DNA of 32,000 bases, taken from contig NC_009664.2 in the NCBI RefSeq assembly GCF_000017305.1, forward strand, positions 2,040,001 through 2,072,000, in the 5' to 3' direction. The notes beneath the pieces were generated by a model. It was not told the origin of the DNA, made no database searches, and saw only the letters and a list, made by a program, of their open reading frames with translations. This DNA comes from Kineococcus radiotolerans SRS30216 = ATCC BAA-149. GTDB lineage: Bacteria > Actinomycetota > Actinomycetes > Actinomycetales > Kineococcaceae. Shown here piece after piece: positions 23,255-31,558 of the stretch. Each line of letters opens with the position of its first letter. The first letter of the stretch is position 1. Both the position numbers and the translations under genes were made by a program.

Positions 23255-24529
23255 TCACCCGACGGGGGTGAGGACCTCCAGGCCCAGGAACGGCTGCAGC
23301 GCGGCGGGCACCCGGACCGAGCCGTCGGCCTGCTGGTGGTTCTCCAGGATCGCCACGATCCAGCGGGTCGTGGCCAGCGTGCCGTTGAGGGTGGCGACCG
23401 GACGGGTTCCCGACCCCTCCTCCAGGCGCTCGCGGACCCCGAGGCGGCGGGCCTGGAACGTCGTGCAGTTCGAGGTGGAGCTCAGCTCTCGGTAGGTGCC
23501 CTGGGAGGGCACCCACGCCTCGCAGTCGAACTTGCGCGCGGCCGAGGAACCCAGGTCGCCCGCGGCGGTGTCGATGACGCGGTACGGGACCTCGACGGCG
23601 GCGAGCATGTCCTTCTCGAAGCCCAGCAGCCGCCGGTGCTCGGCGGCGGCGTCCTCGGGACGGCAGTACGAGAACATCTCCACCTTGTGGAACTGGTGGA
23701 CGCGGATGACGCCGCGGGTGTCCTTGCCGTAGGAACCGGCCTCGCGGCGGTAGCAGGCCGACCAGCCCGCGTAGCGCTTCGGGCCGGCGGACAGGTCGAG
23801 GATCTCGTCGCCGTGGTAGCCGGCGAGGGCGACCTCGGAGGTCCCCGTGAGGTAGAGGTCGTCCTCCTCCAGGTGGTACACCTCCGCCGCGTGCGCGCCG
23901 AGGAAACCGGTGCCCGCCATGACCTCCGGCTTCACCAGCGTCGGGGTGATCATCGGGGTGAAGCCGTTGGCGACGGCCTTCGCCACCGCCAGGTTCAGCA
24001 GCGCCAGCTCCAGGAGGGCGCCGACCCCGGTGAGGAAGTAGAACCGCGAACCGGCGACCTTCGCGCCGCGCTCCATGTCGATGGCGCCCAGGCGCTCGCC
24101 CAGGTCGAGGTGGTCGCGCCAGGCGTCCAGGCCCTCCGGCAGCGACGGCGGGCTGCCGACCTCCTCGAGGACCACGTAGTCGTCCTCGCCCCCGGCGGGG
24201 ACGCCGTCCTCGACGACGTTGGGGATGGAGCGCAGCAGCGCCTCGAACTCCTCGCCCGCCTCGTTCGAGCGCGCCTCGGCCGCCTTCACGCGCTCGGAGA
24301 GCTCCTTCACCCCGGCCAGCAGCTGCTGCTTCTCCTCGCCCTTCGCGGCGGCGACGAGCTTGCCGCGGGACTTCTGCTCCGCGCGCAGCTGCTCGAACTC
24401 GGCGATGGAGGCGCGGCGGCGCGCGTCGGCGTCGAGGACGCGGTCGACGACGCCCTCGTCCTCGCCGCGGGCCCGCTGGCTCGCGCGGACGACGTCCGGT
24501 TCGTCCCTCAGCAGTCGCAGGTCGATCAC
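23255..24529 (-). CDS. serS: Serine--tRNA ligase
   Basis: 424 aa from the GTG at 24529 ([22 protein letters not shown]...). N-terminal coiled-coil arm. Class II motifs ...[26 protein letters not shown]... and ...[19 protein letters not shown]. Confidence 0.95.
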   Translation of the reverse strand: MIDLRLLRDEPDVVRASQRARGEDEGVVDRVLDADARRRASIAEFEQLRAEQKSRGKLVAAAKGEEKQQLLAGVKELSERVKAAEARSNEAGEEFEALLRSIPNVVEDGVPAGGEDDYVVLEEVGSPPSLPEGLDAWRDHLDLGERLGAIDMERGAKVAGSRFYFLTGVGALLELALLNLAVAKAVANGFTPMITPTLVKPEVMAGTGFLGAHAAEVYHLEEDDLYLTGTSEVALAGYHGDEILDLSAGPKRYAGWSACYRREAGSYGKDTRGVIRVHQFHKVEMFSYCRPEDAAAEHRRLLGFEKDMLAAVEVPYRVIDTAAGDLGSSAARKFDCEAWVPSQGTYRELSSTSNCTTFQARRLGVRERLEEGSGTRPVATLNGTLATTRWIVAILENHQQADGSVRVPAALQPFLGLEVLTPVG

Positions 24530-24588
24530 GTCACGACAGTAACGGGTCACCCCGCCCGGACCCGACCTGGTTCCCGGCAGCCGGTAGC

Positions 24589-25698
24589 GTGCGCCCGATG
24601 ACGGTGGCGGACCTCTTCGGCACCGGCGCCCTCGCCGTCCTGCTCGCCGTCGCCCTCGTCGTGACGTTCACGCTGCTGGCCCGCGAGCGCCGGGCCACGC
24701 GCGCGCTGCGCGCGCAGCAGCCGGCCCCGCCCGCGGTGCCCGGGGACCCCCCGCGGCGGCGGCGGGCGGCGATCGTGGTCAACCCGACGAAGTTCAGCGT
24801 CCTGGACGAGCACGCGCTGCGCCGCCGGCAGGCCTACGTCGCCGCGGTGTTCCGCTCCCACGGCTGGGCCGACCCGCTGTGGCTGCCGACCACGCCCACC
24901 GAGCACGGCGGCCCGCAGGCGCGCCAGGCCCTCGCCGAGGGGGTCGACCTCGTCCTGGCCGCGGGCGGGGACGGCACGGTGCGCTCGGTGGCCGAGGCGA
25001 TGACCGGGACCTCGACGCCGATGGCGCTGCTGCCCGCGGGCACCGGGAACCTGCTGGCGCGCAACCTCGACGTCCCGCACACCGACCTCGCCGCGGCCCT
25101 GGACCTGGTGTTCTCCGAGGCCGACCACCGCGTCGACGTCGGGTGGCTGGAGGTGGACCGCTCCGGTCACGACGCCGCCCCCGAGCGGCACCTGTTCCTG
25201 GTCATGGCCGGGCTGGGCTTCGACGCGGCGATGATGGCCGGCGTCGAGGACCGGCTGAAGCGGCGGCTGGGCTACGGCGCGTACGTCGTCTCCGGCGCCC
25301 GGGCGCTGTGGGGGCCGCAGACGAAGGTCCGGGTCCGCGTCGACGACGGGGACCCGGTGTCGGTGCGCACCCGCGCGGTCATCGTCGGCAACTGCGGGAA
25401 GCTGACGCGGCAGCTCGTCCTGATGCCGGACGCGGAGATCGACGACGGCTACCTCGACGCCGTGGTCATCTCCCCGCGCGGCGGCATCGGCTGGGGGGAG
25501 GTCGCGTGGGCCATCGCCACCCGCGACCGCCGCGGCCAGCGCCGGGTGCAGCACCTGCGCGGGCGCCGGTTCGAGGTCTCGGCCGGTGACCCGCAGGAGG
25601 TGGAGCTGGACGGCGACCCCATCGGCGAGGCCCGCCGGATCACGCTGAGCGTGGAGCCGGGAGCGCTGCTGGTGCGCTGCCCGCCGCTGCACCCCTGA
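24589..25698 (+). CDS. Diacylglycerol kinase-family lipid kinase with N-terminal TM helix
   Basis: 369 aa. TM segment [22 protein letters not shown]_cat hallmarks: [22 protein letters not shown] and [13 protein letters not shown]. The start is GTG 24589 or ATG 24598; a TAGCGT -10-like hexamer at 24585-24590 would fit a leaderless ATG. Confidence 0.85.
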   Translation: MRPMTVADLFGTGALAVLLAVALVVTFTLLARERRATRALRAQQPAPPAVPGDPPRRRRAAIVVNPTKFSVLDEHALRRRQAYVAAVFRSHGWADPLWLPTTPTEHGGPQARQALAEGVDLVLAAGGDGTVRSVAEAMTGTSTPMALLPAGTGNLLARNLDVPHTDLAAALDLVFSEADHRVDVGWLEVDRSGHDAAPERHLFLVMAGLGFDAAMMAGVEDRLKRRLGYGAYVVSGARALWGPQTKVRVRVDDGDPVSVRTRAVIVGNCGKLTRQLVLMPDAEIDDGYLDAVVISPRGGIGWGEVAWAIATRDRRGQRRVQHLRGRRFEVSAGDPQEVELDGDPIGEARRITLSVEPGALLVRCPPLHP

Positions 25699-27181
25699 CC
25701 GCGCCGCGCCCCCCGGCGCGGTCCCCGGCGTCGTCCCCGGCGCGGTCCTCGGCGTGGACGGTCCGGTCGCGCCCGGTCCGCTTGGCCCGGTACAGCGCGG
25801 CGTCGGCGCGGGCCAGGACCGCGGGCGGGACCTCGGCCCGGTCCCACGTCGCGACCCCGATCGAGCAGGTCTGCCCGTGCGGGACGGCGGCGTGCACGGC
25901 CCGCAGCACCGCCCCCGCGCGGTCCGCGTCCAGCCCGGGCAGCAGCACGGCGAACTCCTCCCCGCCCCAGCGGGCCAGGAACGCCCCGGGCAGCACGCCC
26001 CGCCAGGCGCGGGCGGCGGTGACGAGGAGGTCGTCGCCGCCGTCGTGGCCGTGGGCGTCGTTGTAGGCCTTGAAGCGGTCGAGGTCGACGATGGCCACCG
26101 TGACGGCCAGCTCCGGGTCGGCCGCGGCGCGGGCGAAGACGCGGTCCACCTCGGCGTCCCAGGCGCGGCGGTTGGGCAGCCCGGTGAGCGGGTCGGTCCC
26201 GGCGAGCTGGGCCACCACCTCGGCCTGGCCGTGCAGGACCCGCAGCAGGTCCGCGAGGCGCACCAGCACCAGCGCCACGACGACGACGGTGACCAGGCCC
26301 AGCGCGAGCCCGTGGTCCACGTCCAGGACGGCGTGCTCCACGACGAGGACGACGGGGGGCACCAGCGCGGCGGCGGCCAGCAGCGGCAGCCGCACGAGCT
26401 CCGGCTCGGAGCGCCGTTCGACGGGCGGGCGGCCGAGACCGCCCGCGGAGGGACCGCACCCCGCGGCCGCGACGCAGCCGTAGAACACCAGCCACAGCAG
26501 GCGCACCCACCGCGGGGCGGCCTCCTCCCCCAGCACCGTCAGGACGGCGAAGGTGACGTCGGCGACGACGCTGGAGCCCAGGCCGAGGGTCAGCAGCCAG
26601 AACGCCCGCGGCCGCCCGTCGCGCCAGCCGGTGACGCGCACCAGCAGGAACACCACGGCCACGTCGCACAGCGGGTAGGCGGCGGCGACGAGGCGGGCGG
26701 GGAGGTCGCCGTCGCCGCCGAAGGCGGGCAGCACGGTGTAGACGGCGAAGAGCAGGCCGGTGCTGGTGGTGACGACGACGGTGTCCAGCAGCGCCCCGCG
26801 CCGCACGCCCCCGCGCGGGGCGGGCAGCAGGCGCAGCACGGCCAGGAACAGCAGCCCCTGGGCCAGGAGGAAGACCGCGTCGGCGCCGGAGGGGAAGGGG
26901 GCCCGGCCCTGCCAGCGCTGCACGACGGAGACGGTCTCGGCGAGCGCGAACAGCAGCTGCGCGGCGACCATCGCCCGCCACGGGCGCAGGTCGGGGCCGG
27001 TCGCCACGGCGCGGACGAGGACGAGCGCGGCGGCCCAGGCGAGGACGGCGTAGCCGAGCACCTCCACCCGGCCCGCGGGCAGCAGCAGGTACCCCGCGCC
27101 GAGCAGGCCGACGGCGGCGAGGACGAGCAGGTCCCGGCGCGGGCCCCGCGCCGCCCGCGGGCGGGCGGACCGCCCGCTCAC
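25640..27181 (-). CDS. Membrane-anchored diguanylate cyclase (GGEEF)
   Basis: 513 aa from the GTG at 27181, which overlaps the upstream gene's stop (GTGA, 27178-27181). About 300 aa of multi-TM N-terminus, then GGDEF-domain motifs TGLPNRR, DLDRFKAYNDAHGHDGGDDLL, RWGGEEFAVLL and DAALYRAKRTGRDR. There is no RxxD at the I-site position (LPGA). The rest of the 1408-aa track ORF is a shadow of the EAL gene. Confidence 0.9.
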   Translation of the reverse strand: MSGRSARPRAARGPRRDLLVLAAVGLLGAGYLLLPAGRVEVLGYAVLAWAAALVLVRAVATGPDLRPWRAMVAAQLLFALAETVSVVQRWQGRAPFPSGADAVFLLAQGLLFLAVLRLLPAPRGGVRRGALLDTVVVTTSTGLLFAVYTVLPAFGGDGDLPARLVAAAYPLCDVAVVFLLVRVTGWRDGRPRAFWLLTLGLGSSVVADVTFAVLTVLGEEAAPRWVRLLWLVFYGCVAAAGCGPSAGGLGRPPVERRSEPELVRLPLLAAAALVPPVVLVVEHAVLDVDHGLALGLVTVVVVALVLVRLADLLRVLHGQAEVVAQLAGTDPLTGLPNRRAWDAEVDRVFARAAADPELAVTVAIVDLDRFKAYNDAHGHDGGDDLLVTAARAWRGVLPGAFLARWGGEEFAVLLPGLDADRAGAVLRAVHAAVPHGQTCSIGVATWDRAEVPPAVLARADAALYRAKRTGRDRTVHAEDRAGDDAGDRAGGRGAVRGAAAGSAPAALPAPRSA

Positions 27182-30072
27182 CCCACCACCTCCAGGGGGG
27201 CGGCGGGCCGGTCGGGGCGGACGGCGAGCTGGCGGGCGACGCGGGTGGCGGCCGCGACGGCGGCGTCGCGCAGCACCGGGCTGAGGTCGCGCTGGGGGTG
27301 GCGCCAGACGGCGGAGAGCACGTTGACGACGCCGTCGGGGCCGACGAGGGGGACGGTGAGGACCGAGCCCACCCCGACGCGGCGGGCGAGGTCGCCGGCG
27401 ACGACGGTGCTGGTCGCGGCGTCCGGCACCCACACCGGGCGCCCGGTGGCCACGGAGCGGGCGACGGCGCTGCGGCCGGGGGCGTCGAAGACGACCCGGC
27501 CCAGCACGTCGGGGTCGACGTCGCCGCGGTGGTCGAGGACGTCCCAGCGCTCGCGCAGGGGCGTGGTGGGGCCGACGAGGAAGCTGAAGTCGGGGCGGAG
27601 CAGCTCGTGGACGGCCGCGCCGAACCCCGCGAGGAGCCGGTCGGGGTCGCGGCTGCCGTCGAGCTCGGCCATCGCCTGCAGCAGGCCGTGGAGGCGGGCG
27701 AGCTGACCGGCGGCGTCGACCCCGGCGAGGTGGTCGGCGACCACGCCCGCGAGCGCCTGCAGCTGGGTGCGCTGCAGCGCGGTGGCCGGCCGGGTCCCGT
27801 GGTGGTCGTAGGCGCAGAGGACGCCGAGGACGCGCCCGCCGGCGTCGGTGACGGGGACCCCGACGTAGTGGCGGACCCCGTACCCGGCGGCCACGCCGCC
27901 GAGGGTGCGCGGGTCGGTCGCGGGGTCGAGGTGCAGGACGTCGCGCTGGTGCGCGGTCCACGCGCACGGCGTCCCGTCGCGGGGGACGAGGCTGCGGTCG
28001 TGCCCGTGCGGGGCCAGCGCGTGGACGTGCTCCTCGGTGACGACGTTGAAGCTGGCGAACTCCGTCCCGCACACGGCGGCGGCGAGGGCGGTGACGCTGC
28101 GCAGCAGCCCCTCGGAGCGGGCGGTGGCGCCGAGGACGGTGCGCGCGAGGCCCACCCGCTCCTCCTCGTCGCCGCCGCGCGGGGCCCGCGCGGCGGGGGC
28201 GGCGGGTGCGGCGGGTGCGGCGGGTGCGGCGGGTGCGGCGGGGACGTCCCGGGGGGCCTCGGCCGGGGTGGTGAAGACCTGCTCGGCGGGGATGGGCCGG
28301 GCGAAGTGGAAGCCCTGCAGGACGTCGGCGCCGAGGCTGCGGACGAGGTCGGCGGTGCGGGCGTCCTCCACGCCCTCGGCGACGACGTCCAGGGACAGCC
28401 GGTGGGCGAGGTCGACCAGGGCCCGGACGATGGCGGCGTCGGCGGGGGCCCCCGGGGCGGCGGCGACGAAGGACCGGTCGATCTTGAGCTCGTCGACCTC
28501 GAACTGGCGCAGCATCGTCAGCGACGTGTAGCCGGTGCCGAAGTCGTCCAGGGAGATGCGCGCCCCGGCCTCGCGCAGGGCCGCCAGCACGGCGGGGACG
28601 CCCGCGGGGTCGCCCAGCAGGGCGCTCTCGGTGACCTCCAGGGTCAGGGTGCCGCGTCCGAGGTCGTTGTCGGCGACGGCCCGGCGCACGGCGTCGAGGA
28701 GGGAGGGGTCGGCGAGCACGACGGGGGAGACGTTGACCGACACCCCCACGTCGTGACCGGCGGCGCGCCAGGCCCCGCACTGGGCGGCGGCGGTGCGCAG
28801 CACCCAGAGGGTCAGGCCCACGATGGCCTGGCTGCGCTCGGCGAGGGGGACGAACGCGCCGGGCCCCAGCAGCCCCCGCTCGGGGTGCTGCCAGCGCACG
28901 AGGGCCTCCACGCCGACGGTGCGGCCGGTGCCGGCGGTCACCAGCCGCTGGTAGTGCACGCGCAGCTGGCCGTCCTCCACGGCGGCGGGCAGCTCGGCGT
29001 GCAGGCGCAGCGCGTCGACGTCGAAGGCGGCGCCGCCCCCGGTGACGGCGACGCGGTGCTGCTCGGCGCCGGCGCGCACGGCGGCGACGTCGGCGAGGGC
29101 GAGGAGGTCCTCGACGTCCCGCCCGTGCTCGGGGGCGCGGGCGACGCCGACCGAGACGCCGGGGCGCACCCGCAGGCCCTGGCCGGGGCCGTCGGCGGCG
29201 AGGTCGACGTGGGCGCGCAGCAGCTCGCGCAGCGCGCGGCCCTCCTCGACGGCGGTGCGGACCGGCTCCCCGGAGGCGTCGAGCTCGACGGGCTGCACGA
29301 CGGCCAGGGAGTCCAGGTCGATGCGGGCGACGACGGAGCCGGGCAGGGCGGCGGCGCGGCGCGCGCACTCGGCGAGGACCTCCTCGGCGGCGGCGGGCCC
29401 CAGGACCGGGCGCAGGTCGCGCAGGTCGTCGAAGTGGACGACGTTCACGGCCACCCGCTCCCCGAGGTCCTCGTCGCGCTCCAGCCGCTGGGCGCAGCTC
29501 TCGAGCAGGCCGGTGCGGTTGAGGAGGTCGGAGCCGCCGTCGCGGCGGGCCCGGTGGGCGGCCAGGCGCAGCAGGGACCGTACGCCGAGCACGGGGACGA
29601 CGGTGGTGGCGGGCAGCACGAGGACCCAGCCGAGCACCTGGTGGGCGTGCCCGGAGGCGATCAGCGCGACGGGCAGCAGCGCGAACGGCAGCGCGGTGGC
29701 GGCGAGGACGGCGCGCCCGGAGCGCAGGAAGGGGATGTGCGCGGCGGCCGCGGAGTACAGGGCGACGAGCACCCCGATCCCGGGCGAGCCGTCGGCGGCG
29801 TAGACGGCGACGGAGGTGCCGAGGGCCGTGCCGACGACGGCGGTGCGGGGCCCGGCCATCGGCCACGCGGGCGAGAGCAGCAGCCCGGCGCCGGTGAGCA
29901 GGCCGAGGGAGGCGATGAGGAGGACGGGCAGGTCGTGCACGCCCGGCCAGACGGGCAGCAGCGCCACTGAGGCGCTGACGAGGCTGGTCAGCAGGTACCC
30001 GACGGCGACGACGCGGCGGTCGGGTCCCCCCTCGCCGAGGTCGAGGGCCCGCTCGGGCTGCTGGCTGGTCAC
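27178..30072 (-). CDS. TM - degenerate GGDEF - EAL - (AAP)n linker - GAF - GAF protein (c-di-GMP phosphodiesterase-like)
   Basis: 964 aa. About 5-6 TM helices. The GGDEF-like domain lacks the motif (IDLDS in its place). The EAL domain keeps its key residues: EALVRWQHP, SVNVSP, EVTES, DDFGTGYTSL, ELKIDRSF, EGVE, QGFHFARP. Then comes the PAAPAAPAAPAAPAA linker and two GAF-like modules (...YVGVPVTDAGGRVLGVLCAY... and ...VLTVPLVGPDGVVNVLSAVW...). Confidence 0.88.
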   Translation of the reverse strand: MTSQQPERALDLGEGGPDRRVVAVGYLLTSLVSASVALLPVWPGVHDLPVLLIASLGLLTGAGLLLSPAWPMAGPRTAVVGTALGTSVAVYAADGSPGIGVLVALYSAAAAHIPFLRSGRAVLAATALPFALLPVALIASGHAHQVLGWVLVLPATTVVPVLGVRSLLRLAAHRARRDGGSDLLNRTGLLESCAQRLERDEDLGERVAVNVVHFDDLRDLRPVLGPAAAEEVLAECARRAAALPGSVVARIDLDSLAVVQPVELDASGEPVRTAVEEGRALRELLRAHVDLAADGPGQGLRVRPGVSVGVARAPEHGRDVEDLLALADVAAVRAGAEQHRVAVTGGGAAFDVDALRLHAELPAAVEDGQLRVHYQRLVTAGTGRTVGVEALVRWQHPERGLLGPGAFVPLAERSQAIVGLTLWVLRTAAAQCGAWRAAGHDVGVSVNVSPVVLADPSLLDAVRRAVADNDLGRGTLTLEVTESALLGDPAGVPAVLAALREAGARISLDDFGTGYTSLTMLRQFEVDELKIDRSFVAAAPGAPADAAIVRALVDLAHRLSLDVVAEGVEDARTADLVRSLGADVLQGFHFARPIPAEQVFTTPAEAPRDVPAAPAAPAAPAAPAAPAARAPRGGDEEERVGLARTVLGATARSEGLLRSVTALAAAVCGTEFASFNVVTEEHVHALAPHGHDRSLVPRDGTPCAWTAHQRDVLHLDPATDPRTLGGVAAGYGVRHYVGVPVTDAGGRVLGVLCAYDHHGTRPATALQRTQLQALAGVVADHLAGVDAAGQLARLHGLLQAMAELDGSRDPDRLLAGFGAAVHELLRPDFSFLVGPTTPLRERWDVLDHRGDVDPDVLGRVVFDAPGRSAVARSVATGRPVWVPDAATSTVVAGDLARRVGVGSVLTVPLVGPDGVVNVLSAVWRHPQRDLSPVLRDAAVAAATRVARQLAVRPDRPAAPLEVVG
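28192..28245. repeat. 9-bp tandem repeat (GGCGGGTGC x4 perfect, flanked by degenerate copies)
   Basis: Perfect copies span 28201-28236, with degenerate copies at 28192-28200 and 28237-28245. It is in frame and encodes the (Pro-Ala-Ala)n linker between the EAL and GAF domains. Confidence 0.85.
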
Positions 30073-30136
30073 CCCCTACCGGTCGGAGCGCACCACCGCG
30101 CCCTGCATGCGCCGACCGGGTGAGGGGGCGGGCGGG

Positions 30137-31081
30137 TCAGGACCCGGCGCCGGCGCGCAACCGGTCCAGCCACCCCTGGGCGGCGGCGAAGTCGTCCTCG
30201 GTGGGGCCGGTGCCGGCGGGGGGGCGCCCGCCGCCGGCGCGGGGGTAGCTGCCGACGAAGCGGACGTGGTCGCTGACGCGGTGCAGGCCCATGAGCGCCT
30301 CCCCGACGCGGGCCTCGCTGACGTGGCCGTCGCAGTCGATGGAGAAGCAGTAGCGGCCCAGCGCGTCCCCGGCGGGGCGGGACTCGATCCGGGTGAGGTT
30401 GATGCCGCGGGTGACGAACTGCTCCAGCGCCTCGACGAGGGCCCCGGGCCGTTCCTCCCGGAGGAAGACGACGAGGGAGGTCTTGTCGTCGCCGGTGGGG
30501 GCGGGGACGGTGCCCGCGCCGGGGCGGGAGAGCAGGACGAAGCGGGTCTGGGCGCCGGCGCGGTCCTCGATGCGCTCGGCGAGGACGTCGAGGCCGAGGC
30601 CGCGGGCGGCGGTGGGGGCGCAGACGGCGCCCTCGAAGCCGGCGGGGGCGCCCCCGGCGAGCTCGTCGGCGAGGGCCTGCGCGGCGGCCGCGGTGGAGGT
30701 GGCCGGCACGTAGAGGGCGTCGGGCAGGTGGGTGCGCAGCCACCCGCGCACCTGGGCGTGGGCGTGGGAGTGGGTGCTGACGCGCTCCACGTCGGCGAGG
30801 GCGGTCCCCGGCTTGACGGCGAGGACGAAGGTGACGGGGAGGACGACCTCGGCGACGACGACGAGGGGGTCACCGGCGGCCAGCCCGTCGAGGGTGGCCG
30901 GCACCCCGCCCTCCACGGAGTTCTCGATGGGGACGCAGCCGACGTCGGCGGCGCCGCTGCGGACCGCCTCGATGGTGGCGTCGACGCTGGGCATCGCGAC
31001 GGCGGGCGCGTCGGCGACGACGGACCGCAGGGCGGCTTCGGAGAAGGTCCCGACCGGACCGAAGAACGCGTAGCGCAGCAC
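30137..31081 (-). CDS. pheA: Prephenate dehydratase
   Basis: 314 aa. PDT domain (...YAFFGPVGTFSEAAL...VPIENSVEGGVPATLD...) followed by an ACT domain (...KTSLVVFLREERPGALVEALEQFVTRGINLTRIESRP...). Confidence 0.9.
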   Translation of the reverse strand: MLRYAFFGPVGTFSEAALRSVVADAPAVAMPSVDATIEAVRSGAADVGCVPIENSVEGGVPATLDGLAAGDPLVVVAEVVLPVTFVLAVKPGTALADVERVSTHSHAHAQVRGWLRTHLPDALYVPATSTAAAAQALADELAGGAPAGFEGAVCAPTAARGLGLDVLAERIEDRAGAQTRFVLLSRPGAGTVPAPTGDDKTSLVVFLREERPGALVEALEQFVTRGINLTRIESRPAGDALGRYCFSIDCDGHVSEARVGEALMGLHRVSDHVRFVGSYPRAGGGRPPAGTGPTEDDFAAAQGWLDRLRAGAGS

Positions 31082-31137
31082 GGTCGAGCACCATAACGGG
31101 CCTCGCGGGTCCGCGACGGTCCTCGGCGGCTCGCGGT

Positions 31138-31169
31138 GGTCCGCCCGGGCCCCCGCCCCCGGGCGGACC
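31138..31169 (-). terminator. 12-bp perfect GC hairpin downstream of the whiB-family gene
   Basis: GGTCCGCCCGGG (31138-31149) / CCCGGGCGGACC (31158-31169) with an 8-nt loop. It begins 9 nt past the stop (31178) on the minus strand. There is no U-tract. Confidence 0.45.
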
Positions 31170-31177
31170 GCCCGCGC

Positions 31178-31483
31178 TCAGCCGGCCCGGCGCAGCTTGC
31201 GGCGCTCGGTGCGCTCGCTCCAGATGGCGTCGCGCTGGTCCTCGGTCAGCCCGCCCCACACGCCGTAGTTCTCGCGGTGGGTGAGGACGTGCTGCCGGCA
31301 CTGGCGCAGGACCGGGCACTCGGCGCACACGGCGAGCGCCGCGGCGTCGCGGTGCTGGCGCGCGGCGCCGCGCTCCAGCTCCGGGTGGAAGAAGAGCTCT
31401 GGATCGGCCTCGCGGCAGGAACCCAGGAGCTGCCACTCCCAAGCGTCGACCGTCGGTCGCAGGCCTCGACTCGTCTCGCTCAC
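31178..31483 (-). CDS. WhiB-family (Wbl) Fe-S transcriptional regulator
   Basis: 101 aa. Four Cys in the Wbl spacing (C23-x29-C53-x2-C56-x5-C62), a GVWGG turn and a basic tail (RRKLRRAG). GTG start with AGGGGGA 5 nt upstream. Confidence 0.9.
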   Translation of the reverse strand: MSETSRGLRPTVDAWEWQLLGSCREADPELFFHPELERGAARQHRDAAALAVCAECPVLRQCRQHVLTHRENYGVWGGLTEDQRDAIWSERTERRKLRRAG

Positions 31484-31504
31484 GGAATCCCCCTAGGTGG
31501 TGCA

Positions 31505-31529
31505 GTCACGTGGTGGTCACGTGGTCACG
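31505..31529. promoter_or_regulatory. Repeated GTCACGTGGT / CACGTG boxes upstream of the whiB-family gene
   Basis: GTCACGTGGT occurs at 31505-31514 and 31516-31525, with a third GTCACG at 31524-29. This gives two CACGTG palindromes (31507-12, 31518-23) exactly 11 bp apart, 22-46 nt upstream of the start codon. Confidence 0.4.
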
Positions 31530-31558
31530 GGGATCGACTTGCCCCACTGGGGGAAAAG

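Noticed and set aside
27182-29866. Upstream 895 codons of the 1408-aa minus-strand ORF (25640-29866)
   Set aside because: This part is an out-of-frame overlap of the EAL-GAF gene and translates to Arg/Pro/Gly junk. Recognisable protein (TM helices plus the GGEEF domain) begins only at the GTG at 27181, which overlaps the EAL gene's stop.
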